Below the pieces are notes generated by a model. That model was not told the origin of the DNA and ran no database searches. It saw only the letters and a program-made list of their open reading frames with translations. Positions 9,021 to 18,789 of a stretch of DNA of 64,000 bases are shown here, piece by piece (within the stretch, counting starts at the first letter, position 1; every line of letters begins with the position of its first letter). Both the position numbers and the translations under genes were made by a program. This DNA is from an uncultured Bacteroidales bacterium (GTDB taxonomy: Bacteria; Bacteroidota; Bacteroidia; Bacteroidales; Bacteroidaceae). The DNA lies in contig CACZAN010000033.1 in assembly GCA_902779165.1 (NCBI GenBank), forward strand, positions 23,310-87,309, given 5' to 3'.

Positions 9021-10202
9021 CTACAGCACTCCTTTGCTGGATGGGAGCTGCATGTGGTGGATGTCGCGACGGACTGCCATGCGGATAGCGCGGGCAAGGG
9101 CTTTGAAGATACCTTCGATCTTGTGGTGTTCGTTCTGTCCTTCGGCTTTGATGTTGAGGTTCATGCGAGCTGAGTCGCTGAGGCTCTTGAAGAAATGGAG
9201 GAACATCTCGGTGGGCATCTCGCCTACGCGTTCGCGGTAGAAGTCGGCTTGCCATACGAGCCAGGGGCGCCCTCCGAAGTCGAGGGCTACGGCGCAGAGG
9301 CAATCGTCCATCGGGAGGGTGTATTCAGCCGTGAGGTTGCTGGAGGAGAGGCTCTCGGCGGTGGAGGTTTCGGAGCTGAAACCATAACGTTCTATGCCGC
9401 GCTTGTCGCCAAGAGCTTTGAGGAGTGCTTCGCCGAGGGCGAGGGCGGTGTCTTCGATGGTGTGGTGCTCATCCACATGGAGATCGCCTTTTACTTGGAT
9501 GTCGAGGTCGATGCTGCCGTGCTTGGCAATTTGTTCGAGCATGTGGTCGAAGAATCCGAGGCCAGTGGAGATGTGGCTTTTGCCTGTGCCGTCGAGGTTC
9601 AGGCTGATAGCGATATCTGTTTCTTTTGTGGTGCGGGTGACGTCGGCGCGGCGGGGGCCTGCGTAAATGATTTCAACGGCTTTCTCCCAAGTGTAGCCTT
9701 CTCCGAGGATGACAGCCTGGCAGCCGAGGTTGGCGGCCAGCTGTGCATCGCTCTCGCGGTCGCCGATGACAAAGCTGTTCGCGAGGTCGAAGGAGCCGTC
9801 CAGGTAGGCGGTGAGCATGGCGGTGCCAGGCTTACGTGTGGGGAGGTTGTCCTCTGGGAAGCTGCGGTCGATGAGGATATCGTCGAAGGTGACGCCTTCT
9901 CCCTCAAGGATTTCCAGCATCAGGTTCTGTGTGGGCCAGAAGTCCTCCTCTGGATAGCTGGGTGTGCCGAGCCCGTCCTGATTCGAAACCATTACGAATC
10001 GGAAGTCGGTGTGTTGGCGCAGGAAGCGCAGGGCACTGATGGCTCCTGGTACGAAGTGGAACTTCTCGAAGGAATCGATCTGCTCGTCGGCCGGTTCCTG
10101 CAGGATTGTGCCATCGCGGTCGATGAATAAAAGACCCACCCCCGTACCCCTCCCGTCAGTGAGGGAGGCGGGCATGCGCATAGATTCTTTATCTTTAGTC
10201 AT
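9021..10202 (-). CDS. hisB: Bifunctional histidinol-phosphatase / imidazoleglycerol-phosphate dehydratase
   Basis: HAD motif FIDRDGT at the N-terminus and an IGPD domain at the C-terminus. The start is uncertain: either the ATG at 10202 or a GTG inside repeat arm E2. Confidence 0.9.
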   Translation of the reverse strand: MTKDKESMRMPASLTDGRGTGVGLLFIDRDGTILQEPADEQIDSFEKFHFVPGAISALRFLRQHTDFRFVMVSNQDGLGTPSYPEEDFWPTQNLMLEILEGEGVTFDDILIDRSFPEDNLPTRKPGTAMLTAYLDGSFDLANSFVIGDRESDAQLAANLGCQAVILGEGYTWEKAVEIIYAGPRRADVTRTTKETDIAISLNLDGTGKSHISTGLGFFDHMLEQIAKHGSIDLDIQVKGDLHVDEHHTIEDTALALGEALLKALGDKRGIERYGFSSETSTAESLSSSNLTAEYTLPMDDCLCAVALDFGGRPWLVWQADFYRERVGEMPTEMFLHFFKSLSDSARMNLNIKAEGQNEHHKIEGIFKALARAIRMAVRRDIHHMQLPSSKGVL

Positions 10203-10283
10203 AACAGGAGAAAAACTAATTGAAAAAAGGAGTCAAAAGGACAGGAACTCCCCTCCCTGACGGGAGGTGTTAAGGGGTGGGTC
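10134..10283. mobile_element. GC-hairpin MITE-like element, copy E2 (arms 10134-10173 and 10248-10283)
   Basis: Same architecture as E1. It spans the hisC stop (10270) and the hisB start (10202). Confidence 0.75.
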
Positions 10284-11316
10284 TGTACTGCCTCAACGCC
10301 CCCAACAGCGCGTTGTTTTCCTGCGGAGTGCCGATGGTGATACGCAGGCAGTTTCCACAAAGCTGTACGCGGTTGCGGTTGCGCACCACGATACCTCTGT
10401 CGATGAGGTAGTTATAGATGCTGTTGGCATCGCTCATGCGAGCGAGGAAGAAGTTGGCATCCGTGGGATAGACGGCCTTGCAGATGGGCAGTTCGGCAAC
10501 GGCGGGCAACAGTTGGAAGCGCTCTTTTAGCAGGGTGGCTTTCCAGAGGTCGATGTGTTGCAGGTCGTCGAGTACGGTGAGTGCCTGTTGCTGGGTGAGT
10601 TGGTTGACGTTATAGGGGTACTTCACCTTATTGAACAGCGCGATGATCTCTTCAGAGGCGAATGCCATACCCAGTCGGATGGCGGCAGATGCCCAAAGCT
10701 TAGAGAAGGTGTTCAGTACGATGAGGTTGGGGAAACGGTCGAGGTCAAGGCGGAAAGGTCGCTGGCTGGAGAAGTCTGAATAGGCTTCGTCGATGACGAC
10801 GATGCCCTGGAATTCAGTGAGTATCCGTTCCATCGCGTTGCGGTCGAGAGCGTTGCCCGTAGGATTGTTGGGCGAGCAGAGCCAGATGACCTTTGTGTGC
10901 TCGTCGGCAGCAGCCAGCAGGCGTTCGGCATCGAGGGTGAAGTCATCGTTGAGTGTCACGGGGCGATACTCGACATCGTTGATATCTGCGCAGACGCCGT
11001 ACATTCCATAGGTGGGTGCCATAGCTACCACGTTGTCCTGTCGCGGTTCGCAGAAGATGCGATAGATGAGATCGATGGCCTCGTCGGATCCATTGCCGAG
11101 GAAGATGCGTGAGGCAGGCACCCCCTTGATGGGTGCCAACTTGGCTTTCAGCTTTTCCTGTAGCGGGTCGGGATAACGGTTCAGCGGGTTGTTATAGGGG
11201 TTCTCGTTGGCATCGAGGAAGACACTGGCCGCACGCCCTTTGAATTCATCGCGGGCGCAAGAATACGGTGTGAGGTTCCAGATGTTCGTTCTTGTCAGTT
11301 CTTGTAGCGATTTCAT
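10270..11316 (-). CDS. hisC: Histidinol-phosphate aminotransferase
   Basis: Class II aminotransferase in the hisD-hisC-hisB context. The last codons (RPTP-stop) lie in repeat arm E2. Confidence 0.9.
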   Translation of the reverse strand: MKSLQELTRTNIWNLTPYSCARDEFKGRAASVFLDANENPYNNPLNRYPDPLQEKLKAKLAPIKGVPASRIFLGNGSDEAIDLIYRIFCEPRQDNVVAMAPTYGMYGVCADINDVEYRPVTLNDDFTLDAERLLAAADEHTKVIWLCSPNNPTGNALDRNAMERILTEFQGIVVIDEAYSDFSSQRPFRLDLDRFPNLIVLNTFSKLWASAAIRLGMAFASEEIIALFNKVKYPYNVNQLTQQQALTVLDDLQHIDLWKATLLKERFQLLPAVAELPICKAVYPTDANFFLARMSDANSIYNYLIDRGIVVRNRNRVQLCGNCLRITIGTPQENNALLGALRQYRPTP

Positions 11317-12593
11317 AGGCTTTGGAGTCTGAGTGTCATTGCATTTTTGTGGGCATCCAGCTGTTCTGCCGCAGCCATCAGTTCCACCGCCCGTCCGATG
11401 CTTTGCAGTCCTTCGGGTGTAATCTTCTGATAGGTGATTTTGCGGCAGAAGGCATCGAGGTTCACGCCGCTATAGGCTGTGGCATAGCCGTTTGTGGGCA
11501 AGGTGTGGTTGGTTCCAGAGGCGTAGTCGCCGGCGCTCTCTGGTGTGAGGTGTCCGATGAAGACGCTACCTGCGTTGACCACTTTCGCAGCCAGTGCTTC
11601 GGCATCTGCGGTTTCGATGATGAGATGCTCTGGGGCATAGCGGTTGGAGAGGGCGAGTGCCTCGGCGGATGAGCCAACGAGGACCAGGCGGGAGTTGGCG
11701 AGGGAGGCTGCTGCAATCTCCTTGCGCGGCAGGGCTGCCAGCTGCTTGTTGACTTCTGCCTCGACAGCAGCAATCATGCTCTCTGATGTGGTTACTAACA
11801 GTACCTGCGAGTCCATTCCATGCTCTGCTTGAGAGAGCAGGTCGGCAGCGACAAAGGCTGGATTCGCTGTCTCGTCGGCAATCACTTCCACTTCGCTGGG
11901 ACCTGCAGGCATATCAATGGCAACGTCGGCCAACGACACTAACTGCTTGGCACACTGCACGTACTGATTGCCTGGGCCGAAGATCTTGAAGACCTTGGGT
12001 ACACTTTCTGTGCCATAGGCCAATGCGCCGATTGCTTGGACACCACCGGCCTTGAAGACCTTGCTGACGCCTGCAATGCGTGCTGCCATGAGGATCGCGG
12101 GGTGTACGCTGCCGTCCTTCTGCGGAGGAGTGCAGAGTACGATCTCGCTGCATCCGGCGATGCGGGCGGGGGTAGCTAACATGAGAACGGTGGAAAACAG
12201 GGGGGCCGTGCCACCGGGGATATAGAGTCCAACTCGTTCAATGGGCACGCTCTTCTGCCAGCAGCGTACACCCGGTGATGTCTCCACGTCGATGCCGCTG
12301 TAGCGCTGTGCCTCGTGGAAACGGGCGATGTTGTCGTGAGCCAGCTGGAGGGCGGCTTTCAGTTCTGCACTCACCAGTTCCTCGGCGGCAGCGAATTCTT
12401 CGTCCGTGACGGCCAGTGCCTTCAGCTCCACCTTGTCGAACAGCCGTTCATAGTCGAGTACGGCAGCATCGCCCTCGCTCTTGATACGAGCGAGTACGGC
12501 AGACACGGTGGCTGTCAGGTCTTTGGCGTCTTTGGTCGGGCGGGTGATGATTTCCCGCACCTGCTCCTCTGTTGGAAATCTATATATCTTCAT
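11313..12593 (-). CDS. hisD: Histidinol dehydrogenase
   Basis: Full-length HisD with a 4-nt overlap with hisC. Confidence 0.9.
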   Translation of the reverse strand: MKIYRFPTEEQVREIITRPTKDAKDLTATVSAVLARIKSEGDAAVLDYERLFDKVELKALAVTDEEFAAAEELVSAELKAALQLAHDNIARFHEAQRYSGIDVETSPGVRCWQKSVPIERVGLYIPGGTAPLFSTVLMLATPARIAGCSEIVLCTPPQKDGSVHPAILMAARIAGVSKVFKAGGVQAIGALAYGTESVPKVFKIFGPGNQYVQCAKQLVSLADVAIDMPAGPSEVEVIADETANPAFVAADLLSQAEHGMDSQVLLVTTSESMIAAVEAEVNKQLAALPRKEIAAASLANSRLVLVGSSAEALALSNRYAPEHLIIETADAEALAAKVVNAGSVFIGHLTPESAGDYASGTNHTLPTNGYATAYSGVNLDAFCRKITYQKITPEGLQSIGRAVELMAAAEQLDAHKNAMTLRLQSL

Positions 12594-12596
12594 AGA

Positions 12597-12640
12597 TTGA
12601 TTTCACAATTTTACGATTTCACTATTTCACGATTTACCAC
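12597..12640. repeat. AT-rich 7-8 bp microsatellite (ATTTCAC/TTTACGA-type) immediately upstream of the hisD start
   Basis: The sequence is gatttcacaattttacgatttcactatttcacgatttacc. Confidence 0.7.
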
Positions 12641-12747
12641 TCGTCAACTTGTTAACTCGTCTACTTGTCAACTTGTCTACTTGTCTACTTGTCTACTTGT
12701 CTACTTGTCAACTTGTCTACTTGTCAACTTGTCAACTTGTCAACTTA
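12641..12747. repeat. Octanucleotide microsatellite (TTGTCAAC/TTGTCTAC, about 13-14 units) filling the hisG-hisD spacer
   Basis: It is directly visible as tcgtcaac ttgttaac tcgtctac ttgtcaac ttgtctac x4 ttgtcaac ttgtctac ttgtcaac x3. Confidence 0.9.
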
Positions 12748-13599
12748 TCAAAGAATCATCTTCTCAATAGGAATCACCAGGATACCTTGAGCTCCCAGTG
12801 CCTTCAGCTGCGAGATGACTTCCCAGAAACGTTTTTCGTCAATGACGGTGTGCACAGAGTTCCATCCAGGCGTGGCCAGTGGCATAACGGTGGGGCTCTT
12901 GGCTCCAGGCAGTACGGCGATCACGTCTTCCAGCCGTTCGCTGGGCACATTCATCAGTACATACTTCTTGTCTTCGGCAGCCTTCACGGCTTCGATGCGG
13001 AACAGCAGGTCATCGAGGATGGCTCGCTTTTCTGTGTCCATATTCTTGTTGGCGATGAGCAGTGCTTCGCTCTTCATCACCACTTCCACTTCGCGCAGGT
13101 TGTTGCTCACCAGCGTGCTGCCAGAAGAGACGATATCGAAGATAGCATCGGCAAGTCCGATTCCCGGACTTATTTCTACAGAACCCGTAATCACGTGGAT
13201 CTCAGCGTGGACACCTTTCTCTTCCAGGTAAGAGCGCAGGATGCCAGGATAGCTCGTGGCAATCTTTTTGCCCTCGAACCATTCCACGCCCGGATAATCG
13301 ATGCCTTTGGGAATTGCCAGCGAGAGACGGCATTTACTGAATCCCAATTTGCGAACAATATCTGCTTCTTCGTTGCGCTCGACAAACTCGTTCTCACCCA
13401 CGATACCGAGGTCTGCCACTCCAGTGGCCACACTCTGTGGGATGTCGTCGTCGCGCAGGTAAAGAACTTCAATGGGAAAATTCGAGGATTCAACAAGCAA
13501 GGTGCGCTTGCTCGAAGGGATTTTGATGCCCGCCTCGGCGAGCAGGGTCATCGTGTCTTCATACAGACGACCTTTGGATTGAACGGCGATGCGTATCAT
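12748..13599 (-). CDS. hisG: ATP phosphoribosyltransferase (long form)
   Basis: I trimmed the start to MIRIAVQSKGRL (ATG at 13599). A C-terminal regulatory domain is present. Confidence 0.85.
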   Translation of the reverse strand: MIRIAVQSKGRLYEDTMTLLAEAGIKIPSSKRTLLVESSNFPIEVLYLRDDDIPQSVATGVADLGIVGENEFVERNEEADIVRKLGFSKCRLSLAIPKGIDYPGVEWFEGKKIATSYPGILRSYLEEKGVHAEIHVITGSVEISPGIGLADAIFDIVSSGSTLVSNNLREVEVVMKSEALLIANKNMDTEKRAILDDLLFRIEAVKAAEDKKYVLMNVPSERLEDVIAVLPGAKSPTVMPLATPGWNSVHTVIDEKRFWEVISQLKALGAQGILVIPIEKMIL

Positions 13600-13631
13600 T
13601 ACTGTTTTATTCTTACGTGTTTGGCGCAATG

Positions 13632-13661
13632 GTTCCCGTAGACAGTGGAGCCTACGGGAAC
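13632..13661 (-). promoter_or_regulatory. 10-bp stem hairpin in the prs-hisG spacer (attenuator or terminator candidate)
   Basis: gttcccgtag (10-nt loop) ctacgggaac. There is no U-tract. Confidence 0.3.
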
Positions 13662-13677
13662 ACGATGGATGCTATGA

Positions 13678-14607
13678 TTAGATGAGATATTGGCTGCTGA
13701 TGCTTTCGTTCTGTTCCACACGGCGGATGGTCTCTGCGATGAGGTCGGCGATGGAGATTTGCTTGACCTTGGCGCAGCGATTGCTGTAGGGAATGCTGTC
13801 GGTGAACACCATTTCTTCAAGTTGGCTTGCCTGCACACGCTCGCTGGCGGGACCAGACATGACGCAGTGGCTGGCGATAGCGCGAACGCTGCGAGCACCG
13901 TTCTCAATCATGAGGTCTGCTGCTTTGGTGATGGTGCCTGCGGTGTCCACGATATCATCGATGAGCACGACGTCGGCATTCTTTACGTCGCCAATAATCT
14001 GCATCGTTGCGACCTCGTTGGGACGGCGGCGCGTCTTGTTGCAAAGCACGAGCGGACAACCGAGGAACTTTGAGTAGGCGCTGGCACGCTTGGAACCACC
14101 GACATCTGGAGTGGCAATGACCAAGTTGGGCAATTTCAGGCTCTGGATGTAGGGGAGCATGACGCTGGAGGCGTAGAGGTGGTCTACGGGAACATCGAAG
14201 AAGCCCTGTTCCTGGTCGGCGTGGAGGTCCATGGTGATGACGCGCGTGATGCCTGCAACGGAGAGCATGTCGGCTACGAGTTTGGCACCAATAGCCACAC
14301 GCGGCTTGTCCTTACGGTCCTGACGCGCCCATCCGAAATAAGGAATGACGGCATTGATTGTCCGGGCCGATGCCCGCTTGGCTGCATCAATCATCAGGAG
14401 TAGCTCCATGAGATTATCGCTCTTTGGGAAGGTGCTCTGCACGAGGAATACGTCGCGACCGCGGATGGATTCTTCATAGCTGACGGTGAATTCTCCGTCG
14501 GCAAAGTGTGTGACATTGATGTTACCCATCTCGATTCCGAGGCTGGTACAGATTTTCTCTGTCAGATAACGGGTGGCAGTGCCCGAGAAGACGAGGAAGT
14601 TGCTCAT
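13678..14607 (-). CDS. prs: Ribose-phosphate pyrophosphokinase
   Basis: PRPP synthetase motifs are present: DLHADQEQGFF and the PRPP-binding loop VLIDDIVDTAGT. Confidence 0.9.
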   Translation of the reverse strand: MSNFLVFSGTATRYLTEKICTSLGIEMGNINVTHFADGEFTVSYEESIRGRDVFLVQSTFPKSDNLMELLLMIDAAKRASARTINAVIPYFGWARQDRKDKPRVAIGAKLVADMLSVAGITRVITMDLHADQEQGFFDVPVDHLYASSVMLPYIQSLKLPNLVIATPDVGGSKRASAYSKFLGCPLVLCNKTRRRPNEVATMQIIGDVKNADVVLIDDIVDTAGTITKAADLMIENGARSVRAIASHCVMSGPASERVQASQLEEMVFTDSIPYSNRCAKVKQISIADLIAETIRRVEQNESISSQYLI

Positions 14608-14644
14608 GTTTGACGCGGCTTTGCCGCAGTTAAGTGGTTATTGT

Positions 14645-15253
14645 TTAACCCGCAGCTTTGCGCAGCTTGCGGAAATGGGTGATGATGTCTTTGAAGTCGA
14701 GACCTGAATGAATGTTGAATCGCGTCCAGAGGTCGCCGAGAACGACAGCGCCGCCAAAGCCGTAGTCGGCCAGTTGCGGCAATGTCTCTGCGCTGATGCC
14801 TCCTGCGGCCATCACCTTACGGTCGATGAGTCCGGCGCGCGTGGCGTCGTAGAGCTCCTGGTGGGTGTAGGCGGCGTGGCGCTCAGGGTAGGTGATGCTG
14901 TCGAAAACGGGAGAGAGGAACACGTAGTCCATTCCTTCGCGTTGGGTGCGCAGTTCTTCGATGCTATGGAGCGAACGGCTGATCTGTCCGCGATAGTTCT
15001 TGGGTGGTTCCGGATTCTTGGCTGTTAGGTGAATGCCTCTTAGCTGAAATTCCTCTTTCAAGTAAAAATGTTGGTGAACGATAATTTGGTTGTGCCATTC
15101 GTCGGGCAACAGGGTCAGCAGACGTTCACTGTAAATGGGTTCGCTGTCGGGCTTGCGCAGGTGCAGCAAGTCCAGGCCTTCTTCGAACAGGGCCTTTATG
15201 ATTTTATCTTCTTCTACGAAGAAGTCGGATGTGGACAGAAGGATGAGTTTCAT
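14645..15253 (-). CDS. Thiamine-phosphate synthase-like (TMP-TENI family) protein
   Basis: I trimmed the start to MKLILLSTSDFF. TIM-barrel TMP-TENI signatures are present (HLRKP..., AAGGIS). Confidence 0.6.
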   Translation of the reverse strand: MKLILLSTSDFFVEEDKIIKALFEEGLDLLHLRKPDSEPIYSERLLTLLPDEWHNQIIVHQHFYLKEEFQLRGIHLTAKNPEPPKNYRGQISRSLHSIEELRTQREGMDYVFLSPVFDSITYPERHAAYTHQELYDATRAGLIDRKVMAAGGISAETLPQLADYGFGGAVVLGDLWTRFNIHSGLDFKDIITHFRKLRKAAG

Positions 15254-15347
15254 GACTCGTTTGCTTTTCTCGTGGGCAAAGGTAAGACATTTTTTTTGAA
15301 TGAAAAAGGAAAGTGCCAAATAATCGCACTTTCCTCCTTCGTTAAGC

Positions 15348-18300
15348 TCATTTCTTCTTTAACATCAACTCAACAGCGCGTTCCAGTTGTACGTCGCGGC
15401 CGTGTAAAAGATCGCCTGGCTGGCTGATGATGAGGTGGTCGGGTTCGAGTTGCTGGTTTTCAAGGTACTTGCCCCGACGGTCTCTCATTCCCACCTGTGG
15501 GATACCGAAAACGATGTCATCGATGGTCTCCCACCATACGGCGGTCATGGTTCCCGGCACCGGCGCTCCGATGAGTTCGCCGATGCCTAATTCCTTGTAG
15601 AGCCAGGGCGTTCCGTGGGCGTTGGAGTAATCGTCTTCACAGACAAGCATACACGAAGGCTTGGTCCAGCGATTATAGGGGTCATCGCCGATATATTGTC
15701 CGCGTGGAGTGAATTGTGCCACTGCCACACCGGAGAGTAGTTCGCAGACGTCGTTGTGCAACCATCCACCTCCGTTGTGGCGCACATCCACAATCACTGC
15801 ATCGCGCGTTCGGTTCTTGTCAGACAGCAACTTACGATAGAGTTCATGGAAACTTGCGGTGTTCATACTTTCAATATGAACATAGGCGAGTTTGCCTTTC
15901 GAGAGGCTGTCAACAATATGTTCATTGCGCTCTACCCAGCGGCGGTATAGCCCTTCTGTATAGTTGGATTGCAGACGGACTGTGTAGTCCTTTGCTGTGC
16001 CTTTGGAATCCTTGATAGTCAGGCGAGTATAGCGGCCGCTCTTCCCACTGAGCAGGGGATAATAATCTTCGCCGGCCTTGATGGCTTGTCCATCGATGTG
16101 GGTGATGATACTTCCAGCGCCGACTCCCTGCTGGCGGGTAAGAGGACTGCCGGGGATGAGTTCCATAATGCGTAGCCCGTCGCCGTTATACGTGTCGTCG
16201 AGGAAGGCTCCGAGGTCGGCGGTTGTCAGTGTGTTGCCGGTTCCGTTGCTTGGGCGGTAGCGACATCCTGTGTGCGAGACATTAAGTTCGCCCAGCATCT
16301 CTGAACAGAGTTCTGCGAAGTCGCGTGTATTTCCCACATATTGCAGTTGACGGCTGTAGCGCTCGTGCAGCATCTCCCAGTCTGCACCGTTCATGTCCGG
16401 GTCGTAGAGTTTCTCGTGGGTTTGGTGCCAGATGTGTTCGAAGGTCTGCTTGCGCCAGCCGGCAGGGTAGTCGTTGTGGAAGGCTTCGAACTCCACGTCG
16501 GAGATCTTACCGTCTTCTATTTCAAGTTTTTTGATGCGGCCTCCAGAAGCGTAGTAGGCGATCTTTCCATCCCCTGTGAGGTCGAAGACGGAGAAACTGA
16601 CACCTTGCGCCTTGATGCTGGTGCTTCCTTTTTCGAGGTCGCGTTCCCAGAGGGCTGGGCCGTTGGGATAGTTGGTGGCGACATAGTAGAGTTTGGTGCC
16701 TTCTTTGTTGAGCACAGCATCGCCGATATTACCGCTGTTGGAGGTGAGGCCCACGGTTCGGAGGTCCAGGTCGCGAAGGTCGAGGACGGGGTTGGCGGCT
16801 TTGATGCTGTCTTCCTTGGCCTGCTGCTCCTCGCGTTCCTTTTTGGCCTTCTCGTCGTCCTTATCTTTTTTATCTTTCTTGTCTTTCTTCTCCTTCTCCT
16901 CTTTCTCCTTCTTTTCCTTGTCCTTACGTTCCTTCTCGGCTTCGTCGAAACGTTCGCGCTCTTCCTTGTTCATATTAAAGCGTTCGTAGGCGTCGGAGTT
17001 GAGGAAGGTGATGTAGATGTCATCCTCAGACCCCCACGAGCCGTGGCTACGCATTCCGGCGCGGTCGCTCTGGAAGATGATGGCTTTTCCGCCAAGGACC
17101 CAACGGGGATTGCTCTCTGAATAACCGGAGTTCGTGAGGTTGACAATTTCTCCTTTTCCGTCGGCTGGAATCAGTGCGATGTCAGTGAGGTTCCAACCGC
17201 CCGTTCCAAGGTATTCGCTGAGCAGGTATTTGGAGTTCGGGCTCCACGCAAAGGACTGATCTCCATCGCTGTAGGAGTACTGAAAGCGCCCCGGCATGAC
17301 TGTCGTAATCGCCTTCGTATTGGCGTCGAGCACACAGAGTTCCTGTCTTCCGCGCAGGAAGGCAATTTTCTTGCCGTCAGGGGAGTATTCAGGCTCGAAG
17401 CATGTCTGGTCTTCGGGTGTGAGGCGTTCTTCCTCTGTCAGTTCGGTGGCGTAGGTGAAGAGTTTTTCGTCTTTCTGTTTGATGCTTACGCGGTAGAGGG
17501 CCCATCTGCCATTGCGTTCGCTGTCATAGACCAGGCTCCTGCCGTCTTCGCTGAAAGTGACATGTCGTTCGCGAGTGGGGGAGTCGGTGATGCGGACGGT
17601 CGTCTTATAGTCCAGTGATGTGACATAGACGTCGCCTCCCAGAATGAATGCGATTTCCTTTCCCTTGGGCGAGTGGGCTACCTGTGTGGCTCCGCCCGTG
17701 AAGACAAAGTGCAGGGCTTCTTTCTCGTTGGTGTCTGCCGTGATTCTGATGTTCACCTTTTTGGGCGACGAGCCGGCCTTCATCGTGTAGAGTTCACCAT
17801 CCCACGAGAAGCAGAGCGTGCCATCCTGCGATGCGGTGAGGTAGCGGACGGGCATTTCGGTGAAACTCGTCAGGCGCTGTGCCTTGCCGCCGCCATTCAG
17901 TTTCTGGCTCCAGACGTTGAACGTACCATTAGCTTCAGACAACCAGTAGAGTGTTTGGCTCTGAGCGACATAGACGGGACAGCGATCTTCAGATGCTGTC
18001 TGTGTGAGCTGCTGGTATTCCGCGAAATTGGCGGGACGGCCAGCCTTACGGTCTGCCGTCTGATGACGCGCGAAACTTACTTGCCATAGGTCACGGGCAA
18101 TGCTACTGGTGTGGTGCTTGCGCAGAGGGTCTTCGTATCCCTTGACAGCATCATAGATGAGTGAACCGCCGGGACCCACGGTCACGTTTCCTACCGTAAG
18201 GTCCGAGAATCGTTCGGGTCTTGCTCCCGCGCGCGTGCGCACTTTATAAATATGTGTATAGGTGTTGGATGGATATTGCATATCTTCCACTGTGGGCAAG

Positions 18301-18707
18301 CCAGTAGAAGTGAACAATAGCTCGTCGTCGGAGAGGAAGACCAGGGGCGTCTCGGCTGAAGAACGGGTCGTCAGGCGGGTCACGTCGTCACCCTCTGCGG
18401 TCATCAAGTAAATATCCAGGCTTCCCTCGCGTTCGCTGGCGAAGGCGATGTGCTTTCCTGAAGGTGACCAGACGGGCAGTCCGTCCCAGGCGGCGTTGCT
18501 CGTCAGCTGACGAGCCTGCCCGCCTGAAGCAGATACGGTAAAGAGGTCGCCCTTATAGGCGAAACAGATGGTTAGGCCATCGGGTGAGATGGCGGCGGAG
18601 CGCAGCCAGAGGGGAGACTCTCCCCCCGCCCTCCCTTGTAGGGAGGGAGCGATTACTAATACACTTGTAATAGCTATTTTAAGCAAAAAATGTTGAATTG
18701 CTTTCAT
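15348..18707 (-). CDS. Tricorn-like S41 family peptidase (TolB-type beta-propellers + PDZ + S41 domain)
   Basis: WSPSGKHIAFAS propeller repeats, a PDZ segment and VVDVRHNGGGW (S41) are present. The signal peptide and the PSLQGRAGGES segment are encoded inside repeat element E3. There is an internal K/E/D low-complexity insert. Confidence 0.85.
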   Translation of the reverse strand: MKAIQHFLLKIAITSVLVIAPSLQGRAGGESPLWLRSAAISPDGLTICFAYKGDLFTVSASGGQARQLTSNAAWDGLPVWSPSGKHIAFASEREGSLDIYLMTAEGDDVTRLTTRSSAETPLVFLSDDELLFTSTGLPTVEDMQYPSNTYTHIYKVRTRAGARPERFSDLTVGNVTVGPGGSLIYDAVKGYEDPLRKHHTSSIARDLWQVSFARHQTADRKAGRPANFAEYQQLTQTASEDRCPVYVAQSQTLYWLSEANGTFNVWSQKLNGGGKAQRLTSFTEMPVRYLTASQDGTLCFSWDGELYTMKAGSSPKKVNIRITADTNEKEALHFVFTGGATQVAHSPKGKEIAFILGGDVYVTSLDYKTTVRITDSPTRERHVTFSEDGRSLVYDSERNGRWALYRVSIKQKDEKLFTYATELTEEERLTPEDQTCFEPEYSPDGKKIAFLRGRQELCVLDANTKAITTVMPGRFQYSYSDGDQSFAWSPNSKYLLSEYLGTGGWNLTDIALIPADGKGEIVNLTNSGYSESNPRWVLGGKAIIFQSDRAGMRSHGSWGSEDDIYITFLNSDAYERFNMNKEERERFDEAEKERKDKEKKEKEEKEKKDKKDKKDKDDEKAKKEREEQQAKEDSIKAANPVLDLRDLDLRTVGLTSNSGNIGDAVLNKEGTKLYYVATNYPNGPALWERDLEKGSTSIKAQGVSFSVFDLTGDGKIAYYASGGRIKKLEIEDGKISDVEFEAFHNDYPAGWRKQTFEHIWHQTHEKLYDPDMNGADWEMLHERYSRQLQYVGNTRDFAELCSEMLGELNVSHTGCRYRPSNGTGNTLTTADLGAFLDDTYNGDGLRIMELIPGSPLTRQQGVGAGSIITHIDGQAIKAGEDYYPLLSGKSGRYTRLTIKDSKGTAKDYTVRLQSNYTEGLYRRWVERNEHIVDSLSKGKLAYVHIESMNTASFHELYRKLLSDKNRTRDAVIVDVRHNGGGWLHNDVCELLSGVAVAQFTPRGQYIGDDPYNRWTKPSCMLVCEDDYSNAHGTPWLYKELGIGELIGAPVPGTMTAVWWETIDDIVFGIPQVGMRDRRGKYLENQQLEPDHLIISQPGDLLHGRDVQLERAVELMLKKK

Positions 18708-18774
18708 ATAGAAAAATGCTTTGAACTTGTTTGGTAACCACTCCCTCCCTTACAGGGAGGGCGGGGGATGGGTC
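18616..18774. mobile_element. GC-hairpin MITE-like element, copy E3 (arms 18616-18650 and 18740-18774)
   Basis: Same architecture as E1. The centre holds the start and signal peptide of the S41 peptidase gene. Confidence 0.75.
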
Positions 18775-18789
18775 TTTTTTTCTGCCTTA

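Noticed and set aside
12315-12770. 151-aa ORF ending in LVNSSTCQLVYLSTCLLVYLSTC repeats
   Set aside because: It is antisense to hisD, and its tail is merely the translated octamer microsatellite.
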